Assembly: GCA_032117235.1 (NCBI GenBank)
Contig: JAULZW010000003.1
Location: 2,798 to 66,797, forward strand
Length of the DNA stretch: 64,000 nt
Origin: Minisyncoccota bacterium
Lineage (GTDB): Bacteria > Patescibacteriota > Minisyncoccia > SW-4-49-11
Reading direction: 5' to 3'
The position numbers and the translations under genes were made by a program. Positions 20,266 to 28,352 of this stretch are shown piece by piece; within the stretch, counting starts at the first letter, position 1, and each line of letters starts with the position of its first letter. The notes beneath the pieces were generated by a model. That model was not told the DNA's origin, did not search any database, and saw only the letters and a list, made by a program, of their open reading frames with translations.

Positions 20266-20541
20266 TTATCTTAATTCTAATTCTATAGCTTTGGACAGAA
20301 TTTCTATATCCTGCTCAGTTAATATGTCTTTTTTATTAGCTAATATATTAACTTTAATTTCTTCCCATTCCTCTTTAGTTATCAATTCTCTTGCTTGACT
20401 ATAAGTCTCAAAAGCATCATCAAAAAGAACTTTAATATACTCTTTTTTTTGTTCATTAGTAGCTCCAGATGAAAACATACTTGGACCCTTAAAATACAAT
20501 CTTTTGAGAATAATATCGAATCGTGATTTAGATATAGTCAT
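20266..20541 (-). CDS. hypothetical small protein (91 aa)
   Basis: ORF in the same operon-like array; no motif. Confidence 0.3.
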   Translation of the reverse strand: MTISKSRFDIILKRLYFKGPSMFSSGATNEQKKEYIKVLFDDAFETYSQARELITKEEWEEIKVNILANKKDILTEQDIEILSKAIELELR

Positions 20542-20596
20542 AAAATTATAATTTATTTATTTTTATTATAACATAGATTTAGAAATTATAAATTAT

Positions 20597-21664
20597 CTAC
20601 ACATTAAACTTAAAATGACAGACATCGCCGTCTTGGATAATATATGACTTTCCCTCTTGTCTTAATTTGCCATTTTGTCTTGCTCCTGCATCTCCTCCAC
20701 AATCTACAAAATCCTGATAAGAAATTATATCCGCCATTATAAATCCTCGCTCTATATCTGAGTGAATTACTCCCCCAGCTTGAGGAGCCAAAGTTCCTCT
20801 CTCTACAGTCCAAGCTCGGGTTTCCTGAGGCCCCGTAGTCAAAAATGATATCAAATTAAGCAAATCGTATCCGGCCCTAATCAATACATCAAGCCCACTC
20901 ATTTCTCGCCCCAACATTGCTAAATATTCAGCTTGCTCTTCAGCCTCCATTAAACAAATTTCTGATTCAATTTTAATAGATAAAGGAATAATATTATCAA
21001 ATTTAGCTTGCAGTTCTGGGCTTAGAGTATAAGTCTCATCAGTATTAGCTACATACATCATTGGCTTAGCCGTGAGAAAATTATAGGATTTTATAAGTTC
21101 TAGCTCTTCTGAGTTTAGTTTAGCTTCTCTAATTGGAGTTCCAGCTTCTATTAAAGGTAAAACTTTTTGTAAAATTGGTAGAATTTCTAGAGCTAATTTG
21201 TCTTTAGATTTAGCTTTTTTTTCCACCTGAGGTAGGGCTTTTAGAATTTGGTCTAAATCAGCTAATAATAATTCAGTGTTGATAATATCCGCATCCTCAA
21301 TTGGGTTAATTCTATTTTCAACATGAGTAATATCATCATTATGAAAAGCTCTAATTACATGACAAATAGCATCTACTTGCCTAATATTAGCAAGAAAAGC
21401 ATTGCCTAAGCCTTCCCCTTTAGAAGCCCCTTTCACTAAACCCGCAATATCTATAAATTCTATAGTGGTTGGGATAACTTTAGCTGATTTAGAAATTTCA
21501 GCTAAAACTTTCAATCGTTTATCTGGTACTGCTACCACACCGACATTCGGCTCAATAGTACAAAAAGGATAATTCTCAGCCGAGACTTGCTTTTTGGTCA
21601 AAGTTTGAAATAAAGTAGATTTCCCTACATTAGGGAGCCCCACTATCCCAATAGATAAAGACAT
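20597..21664 (-). CDS. ychF: ribosome-binding ATPase YchF (Obg-family GTPase with TGS domain)
   Basis: N-terminal G1 GLPNVGKST; conserved YchF C-terminal TGS region (AGGVIHSDIERGFIMADIISYQDF). Confidence 0.85.
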   Translation of the reverse strand: MSLSIGIVGLPNVGKSTLFQTLTKKQVSAENYPFCTIEPNVGVVAVPDKRLKVLAEISKSAKVIPTTIEFIDIAGLVKGASKGEGLGNAFLANIRQVDAICHVIRAFHNDDITHVENRINPIEDADIINTELLLADLDQILKALPQVEKKAKSKDKLALEILPILQKVLPLIEAGTPIREAKLNSEELELIKSYNFLTAKPMMYVANTDETYTLSPELQAKFDNIIPLSIKIESEICLMEAEEQAEYLAMLGREMSGLDVLIRAGYDLLNLISFLTTGPQETRAWTVERGTLAPQAGGVIHSDIERGFIMADIISYQDFVDCGGDAGARQNGKLRQEGKSYIIQDGDVCHFKFNV

Positions 21665-21776
21665 ATTCTAATAAATTATATAATATTTAACTTTAATTAT
21701 ACCATAAAATTAGCAGTTTTACTAGATAGTACATAGGACAAAAATTATAAATTATGAGTTATGAATGATTAATTAT

Positions 21777-21811
21777 GGGGAGGGTTAAGGCGACATAAGG
21801 TCGCCCCTACG
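21777..21811. repeat. GC-rich hairpin element ggggagggttaaggcgacataaggtcgcccctacg
   Basis: Seen directly; carries the CCCCTACG core shared with other repeat copies; sits in a divergent intergenic region. Confidence 0.4.
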
Positions 21812-21844
21812 AAAAGCACAAAAACTTTACAAAAATATATAAAT

Positions 21845-22285
21845 ATGCTGTGTTTTGAGAGTCCCACAAGCCCTCGGAGGCTTTTTGTTATGGCTCTTTC
21901 AAAAGCTAACCAAAAATTATTAGTAACTGGCAAAATAATTATAATGCCTATATTGGCTGCTTTAGTGTATTCATGTTTATTAGACTTTTATAATCTAAAA
22001 TCACCTTATATTCACCCTCAAGAGGCTAATTTAGTTAAATTATGTATAATAGCATTATTAATAGTGATAGGAAACATAATACTTCTTTTTAATGAGATGT
22101 CATTATTTTGGAGTATTATAGTGGTAGCAATTTTTATATTAGCTTTTACACCACTTTATTTTTATAGCATAAAGATTCTGTTAAGTGTCATATTATATTT
22201 TCTCTGCTTATATTCAATAGACATAATCATTTTTATGATGAGATTTCTCGAAAGGAGAATTCATCAAAATCACACCCCTCGCTGA
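21845..22285 (+). CDS. hypothetical membrane protein (4 TM)
   Basis: Hydrophobicity only; the stop codon TGA lies in the terminator loop. Confidence 0.35.
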   Translation: MLCFESPTSPRRLFVMALSKANQKLLVTGKIIIMPILAALVYSCLLDFYNLKSPYIHPQEANLVKLCIIALLIVIGNIILLFNEMSLFWSIIVVAIFILAFTPLYFYSIKILLSVILYFLCLYSIDIIIFMMRFLERRIHQNHTPR

Positions 22286-22305
22286 GCGAGGGTTTTTTCT
22301 TTTTG
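22274..22305 (+). terminator. rho-independent terminator
   Basis: cccctcgc-tga-gcgaggg stem followed by ttttttcttttt. Confidence 0.6.
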
Positions 22306-22322
22306 CATGGTTTTTACCAATT

Positions 22323-22817
22323 TTACAAATTTAAAGCTAATTTATACACTTTTAATATTTTACTATAATAAGAAGTATTTAATAATGCTTCTGGGTTTTT
22401 CTTCACTACACTAAAGACTTTACTTTTAGATGTTTTCTTGGGAAGTTTTAATGCTGACTTTAACTCATCCTCTAAATTTTTATCTTGCCAGACAATAAAA
22501 ATACCAGCTTCTTTTGCATCTAACTCTAAATTTTTTATATATAAATCATTGTTTAAGTCATTATTATTATATATTCTGTCAAGGTCGACAACACATAACA
22601 TAGCATCAAATTCTGTATTTTGTTTCCATTTTTTACACCCAACTAAGATTGTATGAGGATCCCCACCTTTACCTGAATTAAAATAAGATTGACAGTTATT
22701 TGTATGATATTTAAATTGACTTATTTCAACAAGATAGTCAATTATTTTGCTATCCTTTAATCCTTCCGTATAAACCCCTATTGTTTGTTTTTTACTTTTG
22801 GTATTAGGTTTGACCAT
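22323..22817 (-). CDS. RloB/AbiLii-like TOPRIM-type protein (partner of the upstream AAA_21 ATPase)
   Basis: 164 aa; N-terminal IGVYTEG (conserved Glu) and VVDLDR (DxD) arranged as in TOPRIM/RloB-like proteins; 5-nt spacing to the upstream ATPase gene. Confidence 0.5.
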   Translation of the reverse strand: MVKPNTKSKKQTIGVYTEGLKDSKIIDYLVEISQFKYHTNNCQSYFNSGKGGDPHTILVGCKKWKQNTEFDAMLCVVDLDRIYNNNDLNNDLYIKNLELDAKEAGIFIVWQDKNLEDELKSALKLPKKTSKSKVFSVVKKNPEALLNTSYYSKILKVYKLALNL

Positions 22818-22822
22818 ATAAG

Positions 22823-23995
22823 CTAAACTTTAATTTTTGGAAAACCTCCATATTTTCCAGACATATATTTTTTTACAAAATTTTCATCGGGACGAGAATT
22901 TTCAATATCTGATACCCTATAGACTTCACTTTCACCTTTATTATTCTTATCTACAATAAAAATTTGTTCACGATCTAATTTATTTAAGATATTGATTGAA
23001 TGGGTAGAAAAAATAAACTGACACATTATATTCTCACTCTCAGATAAAAAATAAGAGATTAGTTTTTCAACAGCCTCAGGATGTAATCCCATTTCTAATT
23101 CATCAATTACAACTAAACCCTTGTATTTCATCGCAAGAAATATTGGTCCTAATAGTTCATAAAGAGATTTAGTACCTCGAGATTCATACTTAAAATCAAG
23201 AGATTTGTTACCGTGAATACCTTTAATATCAAAACTTCCATTATCTTTCTTATCTATGTTAAAAGACTCTAAACCAATATCAAATTTAGATATAAATTCT
23301 TTCATTTCTTCAAAAACCTCAGGTATTTCGGTATATATCCAAGATGCTAGATAAATATTTTTATCATTGAGAGAACTTTCATTCATATTTACTTGCCATA
23401 ACAAACCACTGAACATATTTTTAATCTCTTCCATAATATCAATTTTGAATGAAATTTCACTAAAAAAAGCAATTACGGACACATTATTTTTTATATCAGG
23501 TAATTTTAACTCCAGAGCATTAATTTTATCAAAATATATTTCAGATAACTGTAATTTTCCATTACTATCTCTTTCAAAAATATTATGTAATCTTTTTCCC
23601 TTAGTTTTGACTTGCATTTTCTCCAATAATACTATATTTTTTTGAATTTTTAGAGTATAAAAAAATATTTTTTGATTTTTTTCTAATTCTAGCTTAATTT
23701 CACATATATTATCATTATTGAAAAAAGTTTTATAAGATAATGATGTTTCTTGAGAAATATTTTCCAGCTTATCTGTAGGTCTTTTTGTAATAAAGTCTTG
23801 TATAAATTTAAATAGACGAACTATATTAGTTTTACCAGAAGCATTTCCTCCAATAATTGTAGCAATTTTGCTAATTTGATACTTATCAACTTTTGACTGC
23901 ATATAATCAAAAGTATTTTTTTTGGAAGTTAAAAAAGACATTTCAAAAGAATCTTGAAAAGAGTAAAAATTTTTAAAAGAAATTTTACGAATCAT
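22823..23995 (-). CDS. AAA_21-family (ABC-like) ATPase, RloA/AbiLi-like abortive-infection ATPase
   Basis: Walker A IIGGNASGKTNI near the N-terminus; C-terminal VVIDELEMGLHPEAVEKL...IFSTHS (D-loop/H-loop of the AAA_21/OLD-like ATPase family). Confidence 0.65.
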   Translation of the reverse strand: MIRKISFKNFYSFQDSFEMSFLTSKKNTFDYMQSKVDKYQISKIATIIGGNASGKTNIVRLFKFIQDFITKRPTDKLENISQETSLSYKTFFNNDNICEIKLELEKNQKIFFYTLKIQKNIVLLEKMQVKTKGKRLHNIFERDSNGKLQLSEIYFDKINALELKLPDIKNNVSVIAFFSEISFKIDIMEEIKNMFSGLLWQVNMNESSLNDKNIYLASWIYTEIPEVFEEMKEFISKFDIGLESFNIDKKDNGSFDIKGIHGNKSLDFKYESRGTKSLYELLGPIFLAMKYKGLVVIDELEMGLHPEAVEKLISYFLSESENIMCQFIFSTHSINILNKLDREQIFIVDKNNKGESEVYRVSDIENSRPDENFVKKYMSGKYGGFPKIKV

Positions 23996-24118
23996 AGATT
24001 ATAAATTTATTGTACATATATATTACAATACTTAATAACAAAAGTCAACTTAATACAAAAATCTGTATTAAAAACATTTTAACTTCAATACATAATGACT
24101 TTAAGAAAAGTAAAACAA

Positions 24119-24180
24119 AAACTCGAGACATTGCTCGAGCTTTCATAATAATCACCAGAGCTAGGCTCTGGATCGGTAGG
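24119..24180. promoter_or_regulatory. two hairpins (ctcgagacattgctcgag; ccagagctaggctctgg) in the divergent AbiL-like/mod promoter region
   Basis: Perfect inverted repeats seen directly between divergently transcribed defence genes; candidate operator sites. Confidence 0.3.
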
Positions 24181-24249
24181 TAACCCCAAAAGTAAGATAA
24201 TTATAGAATAGTTTAGTGATAGTGTCAATAGTTGATGGTGAGGTTTTAT

Positions 24250-24287
24250 CCTCCTCCGACCTTACGGCCACCTCCTCCAAAGGAGGA
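24250..24287. repeat. GC-rich palindromic element copy (cctcctccgaccttacggccacctcctccaaaggagga)
   Basis: Shares the architecture cctcc..TACGG..cctccaaaggagg with 28189-28228 and relatives. Confidence 0.55.
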
Positions 24288-24438
24288 CAAGTAATTATCT
24301 TATATTCTATGCAAATCTTTAATTTATTGACTTTTTATCTCGTAATTTGTCTACGATCATCTAATCGAGTACATACTCTGTATTTTTATGGGATTACAAG
24401 GTATAATATAAGATATATAGAATAATAAATTATAATAT

Positions 24439-26208
24439 ATGCCAGGAATTAATTTTAGGTCAATTATATTATCAGTATTGGAGGCGGATGAGAGAATTTG
24501 GTTTCAAAATGAAGAGGGAGAGAAGGAATTAAATCAAACTTTGCTTTTGGATTTGGTAGAAAAGATTGATGATAAGATTATTAATTTATTATTACAAGAG
24601 GAGGCTTTGAGAGAGAAGTTTTTTGCTAAAATTAGTCCAGATACTACTGAGAAGCAGTCTACTTATGTCTTCAAGATGAATGACTTTAGATTCTTTATGG
24701 AGGAGAATAAAATAGATAATTCTTATACAGCTTATAAAAACAGAATAGGGCTGATAGATGGGAAGAAATTCCTCAAAGATAGTAATGATATAGTGCTAAA
24801 TTGGCCGTATAAAGATTGTATTTTGGAAGGTGGGCAAAGTAATGAGGAAGGCACGGATAATTATTTTGAATACTCCGAAAAGACAGAGCAGTACGAACAA
24901 AAACAAGCTAAAAGAAAAGAGATATTTTTTAATTCCGTTCTTGCTCCTGATGAAATTGATAGATTATTAGACCCCAAGGCCTTGGTGAATTGGAAAAGGT
25001 TTACAGATAATGGTGAAGTTTCTTTAACCCAAAAACACTCCACCCCGTCACCTACGGTGCCACCCCTCAAGAGGGGAATTGATGGTACTATTGCTGAGAA
25101 TATGATTATCAAAGGTAATAATCTACTAGCTATGCATAGTCTCAAGAAGCAATTTGCAGGTAAAGTGAAGCTTATCTATATTGACCCGCCTTATAATACT
25201 GGGAATGATGGGTTTAAGTATAATGATAATTTTAATCATTCCACTTGGCTGACTTTTATGAAAAATAGATTAGAAGTAGCAAGGGAATTGTTAAGAGAGG
25301 ATGGAAGTATTTGGATAAGTTTAGATGATAAAGAATTTGCTTATCTAAAAGTACTTTGTGATGATATTTTTGGGAAAAATAATTTTTTGAATGATGTCAT
25401 TTGGAACTCAACAAAATCAGTAACAAATACTGCAATCATATCTGTTTCACATACACATAATTTAGTTTACTTCAAAAACAAAGATTATTATGTAAAGAAC
25501 AGAACAGAATTTAGACTTGATGAAGATGGGGAAGGATTTTCTAATCCTGACAATGATCCTCGTGGAGTTTGGAAATCCGATCCTTTTCAAGTTGGAGGCT
25601 GGAGACCAAATCAACAATATGAAATAAAAAACCCAAATACTGGAGTCATTTATAAACCAAATGAAAATTGTAGTTGGAAAAATGATCTTAACAAATTTCA
25701 AGAATTATTAAAAGATAATAGAATTGTTTTTGGAGTGGATGGAAAAGCTGGTCCACAAAGAAAAAGGTTTTTATTTGAAGCAGAAGAAAGAGGTAAAGTT
25801 ACAAAAACAATATGGGATGATGTAGGAACAACTACTAATGGAACTCAGCACATAAAAAAGCTTTTCAATAAAGCTGTATTTGATAATCCCAAACCAGAAG
25901 AGTTTATAAAAAGAATTATTGAACTTTCAACAAATGAAAACGACATTGTCCTTGACTATCATCTCGGATCTGGCACAACTGCCGCCGTAGCTCATAAAAT
26001 GGGGCGGCAATATATTGGGATTGAGCAGATGGATTATGTGGAGACTATTGCGGTGGAGAGGCTCAAAAAAGTGATAGGACAATCCACCTCCCCCGCTAAA
26101 GCGGGTACTACTCAAAAGGAGAATTTTAGGAAATTAACAGCAAAAAAAAGGCAAAGTTTGCAAGATATTTTGGAGAAAATAAAAAATTCTAATAATAGTT
26201 TAGGGTAA
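24439..26208 (+). CDS. mod: Type III restriction-modification DNA methyltransferase (Mod), N6-adenine, beta-class
   Basis: ENMIIKGNNLLAMHSL followed by motif IV DPPYNTG, then C-terminal motif I LDYHLGSGTTAAVAHKMGRQYIGIE; the N-terminus resembles Type III Mod N-termini. Confidence 0.85.
   Translation: MPGINFRSIILSVLEADERIWFQNEEGEKELNQTLLLDLVEKIDDKIINLLLQEEALREKFFAKISPDTTEKQSTYVFKMNDFRFFMEENKIDNSYTAYKNRIGLIDGKKFLKDSNDIVLNWPYKDCILEGGQSNEEGTDNYFEYSEKTEQYEQKQAKRKEIFFNSVLAPDEIDRLLDPKALVNWKRFTDNGEVSLTQKHSTPSPTVPPLKRGIDGTIAENMIIKGNNLLAMHSLKKQFAGKVKLIYIDPPYNTGNDGFKYNDNFNHSTWLTFMKNRLEVARELLREDGSIWISLDDKEFAYLKVLCDDIFGKNNFLNDVIWNSTKSVTNTAIISVSHTHNLVYFKNKDYYVKNRTEFRLDEDGEGFSNPDNDPRGVWKSDPFQVGGWRPNQQYEIKNPNTGVIYKPNENCSWKNDLNKFQELLKDNRIVFGVDGKAGPQRKRFLFEAEERGKVTKTIWDDVGTTTNGTQHIKKLFNKAVFDNPKPEEFIKRIIELSTNENDIVLDYHLGSGTTAAVAHKMGRQYIGIEQMDYVETIAVERLKKVIGQSTSPAKAGTTQKENFRKLTAKKRQSLQDILEKIKNSNNSLG
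25036..25080. repeat. 45-nt GC-rich palindromic element inserted in frame within mod (encodes HSTPSPTVPPLKRG-like segment)
   Basis: cactccaccccgtcacctacggtgccacccctcaagaggggaatt; 19-nt core GTGGCACCGTAGGTGACGG is identical (reverse complement) to 28105-28123; flanks match 29071-29112. Confidence 0.6.
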
Positions 26209-26212
26209 AGAT

Positions 26213-27193
26213 ATGACTAAAAAAAGTAAAATCCAATACAGCTTAATACCTTTTAATGGAGATGAAATAATGGCAATTACCAAAGATGGTAAAAAGTTTG
26301 TAGTACCAAAACAGATTTGTGAGAATTTAGGGTTGTCATGGAGTGGTCAATTTGAAAAAATTAAAAGAGACAGTGTCTTAAAGGACGCAATTCGTGTCAT
26401 ACCAATACCGCAAAAAAACCCTTCAGGATCAGGGTTTATAAATCAAGAAACTCTAGCTTTACCACTGGAATATCTCAATGGTTGGTTATTTGGAATTGAT
26501 GATACGAGAGTAAAAGAAGCAATTAGGCCAAAAATAATTGATTATAAAAAGCAATGTTATATTGTTTTATATGAATATTTTAATAAAGGTGCAAGTATTG
26601 ATGTCAATAGATTAGAGGAGGATATTGAATTACAAGACTATATTTACCGCAAAGTTCGCCAAGCTAGAACTAGTGAAAGGAGTTTATGGGAGAGAGTTAA
26701 AAAAGCCTTTGAATATGGGAGTAAAGATTATGATAAAGATTCTGAATTAGCCAAAAAGTTTTATGCTTTAGCTCAAGATAAAATTCATTATGCGGTTACC
26801 AAAAATATAGCTTCTGAACTTATATATAATAGAATAAAAACAGATCCAGCAACAAATTTTGGTATGATTGCATTTGACCAATATAGAAAAATTAAGTTAA
26901 AAGATTTACAAGTAGGTAAAAATTATTTGCAAGAATTAGAGTTAAAACAGTATGAAAATATTGGAGAACAGCTTTTACTTAAAATCGAATTAAGATTATT
27001 AAGAGGTGGTAAAATAACTATGGAAGAATGGTTTTTTGAAATAAATGATTTATTAAAACAAAATGGATATGAAATTTTATTTGATTATTCTAAATCCAAG
27101 ATAGATCGTCAAACTGCTAATAGTAAAGCTAAAGAAATATGGAAAGAAAATAAGCATTTACTCAAAGAAGATGTTAAAAAACTAACTAAATAA
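26213..27193 (+). CDS. phage antirepressor-like protein (Bro-N/AntA/pRha-type N-terminal domain, uncharacterised C-terminal domain)
   Basis: N-terminus IPFNGDEIMAITKDGKKFVVPKQICENLGLSWSGQFEKIKRD and LPLEYLNGWLFGIDDTRVKEAIRPKIIDYKKQCYIVLYEYF resemble phage antirepressor/RhuM-like N-terminal regions. Confidence 0.45.
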   Translation: MTKKSKIQYSLIPFNGDEIMAITKDGKKFVVPKQICENLGLSWSGQFEKIKRDSVLKDAIRVIPIPQKNPSGSGFINQETLALPLEYLNGWLFGIDDTRVKEAIRPKIIDYKKQCYIVLYEYFNKGASIDVNRLEEDIELQDYIYRKVRQARTSERSLWERVKKAFEYGSKDYDKDSELAKKFYALAQDKIHYAVTKNIASELIYNRIKTDPATNFGMIAFDQYRKIKLKDLQVGKNYLQELELKQYENIGEQLLLKIELRLLRGGKITMEEWFFEINDLLKQNGYEILFDYSKSKIDRQTANSKAKEIWKENKHLLKEDVKKLTK

Positions 27194-27202
27194 GATTAAT
27201 TT

Positions 27203-27712
27203 ATGAAGAATAATCATCTACAATTAAGCAAATTTGAAATTCAACTTTTGGAAAGTTTAGGTTTTGACCCAAATTCACAGAATCTACAAGAGGAAATACA
27301 GGAAATGTTGGAAACTAGCAAAGTTGCATCACAACAAGATTTTGATACTGGAGGTATTAGTAAAGCCGTAAATTGGCAAGGTGGTGGTGATTTTATCTAC
27401 TTTGAACTAGCAAAATGGAATGAAGTTGCCAAAGAGAGAATTTTAGAGGCTGAGAGTTTAGAGCAATTGATTGAGTTTTTTGATGAGATGTATGAGAGAT
27501 ATTTCCTTAACTATAATCTCAAAATTCAAGAGTTTAGAGATAAGATTATACAGGAGGAGAGTTTTCAGAATCTGCCTTTAGCGGAGCAAAAACAGATTTT
27601 TATAGCTATGCTGGATAATAATCAGATGTATGTGAATGCTTCTGAAATGTCAGATGCTAAATTTGGTATTAGTGAGGAGGAGCAGGCTTTGACTGAGGAG
27701 TTTTATAATTAA
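27203..27712 (+). CDS. hypothetical acidic protein (169 aa), third member of the mod-res intervening cassette
   Basis: ORF begins 10 nt after the previous stop; no motif recognised. Confidence 0.35.
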   Translation: MKNNHLQLSKFEIQLLESLGFDPNSQNLQEEIQEMLETSKVASQQDFDTGGISKAVNWQGGGDFIYFELAKWNEVAKERILEAESLEQLIEFFDEMYERYFLNYNLKIQEFRDKIIQEESFQNLPLAEQKQIFIAMLDNNQMYVNASEMSDAKFGISEEEQALTEEFYN

Positions 27713-27728
27713 TTATAAATTGTGAATT

Positions 27729-28115
27729 ATGAATGATAAATTAAAAAAATCATCTAATCAAACAATAGAGTCTAGCTCAGGTATTAAGAAAAACTTAATA
27801 ACTTCTACTGGTGATAAAAAAGATAATTCAATTATTTTATTTAATCAAAAAGAAGTTCGCAGATACTGGGATGCGGATCAAGAGCAGTGGTACTTTTCGG
27901 TTGTGGATGTGATTGAAATTTTGACAGGCTCTAGTATTCCGAAAAGATATTGGAGTGACTTAAAAAATAAACTAAAAGAAGAAGGAAGTGAAGTGTACGA
28001 AAAAATCGTACGGTTGAAAATGAAAGCAGAAGATGGAACAGGGATTAATAATCTTATGTTTAAACTACAACATTATCCTTTTAACTGTCCTCCCTTGGGG
28101 GAGGTGGCACCGTAG
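27729..28115 (+). CDS. Bro-N domain protein (128 aa)
   Basis: ILFNQKEVRRYWDADQEQWYFSVVDVIEILTGS matches the Bro-N/ORF6N consensus (iRvv..dGepWFvakDVa..Lg); the C-terminus and stop codon lie inside a GC-rich repeat element. Confidence 0.5.
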   Translation: MNDKLKKSSNQTIESSSGIKKNLITSTGDKKDNSIILFNQKEVRRYWDADQEQWYFSVVDVIEILTGSSIPKRYWSDLKNKLKEEGSEVYEKIVRLKMKAEDGTGINNLMFKLQHYPFNCPPLGEVAP

Positions 28116-28130
28116 GTGACGGAGGAGGAC
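28087..28130. repeat. GC-rich palindromic element copy (gtcctcccttgggggaggtggcaccgtaggtgacggaggaggac)
   Basis: 5' half near-identical to 52427-52452; core identical to the in-frame copy in mod. Confidence 0.6.
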
Positions 28131-28188
28131 TATACATATTTTTAAATTTATCATCTATACTCCTAGTTAATAATTCTCATTTGCAAAT

Positions 28189-28228
28189 GTCCTCCCTCCC
28201 CCTACGGGGACTCCCTCCAAAGGGAGAC
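28189..28228. repeat. GC-rich palindromic element copy (gtcctccctccccctacggggactccctccaaagggagac)
   Basis: Same architecture as 24250-24287. Confidence 0.55.
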
Positions 28229-28352
28229 ATCATTCTCTTAACCTAATTAAAAGAGTATAAAACATTATAGACACTACAAGAATATAATATTATAATAGTA
28301 ATAAAATCAAGGTTTAATCTATTATTTCTACAATTCACAATTAATATAAACT

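Noticed and set aside
24216-24425. 69-aa ORF upstream of mod
   Set aside because: Runs through the GC-rich repeat element and the promoter region; no RBS or start context; likely a chance ORF
26140-26150. A8 homopolymer near the 3' end of mod as a phase-variation tract
   Set aside because: Short, located at the extreme 3' end; A-runs are common in this AT-rich genome; no evidence of slippage-prone repeat length
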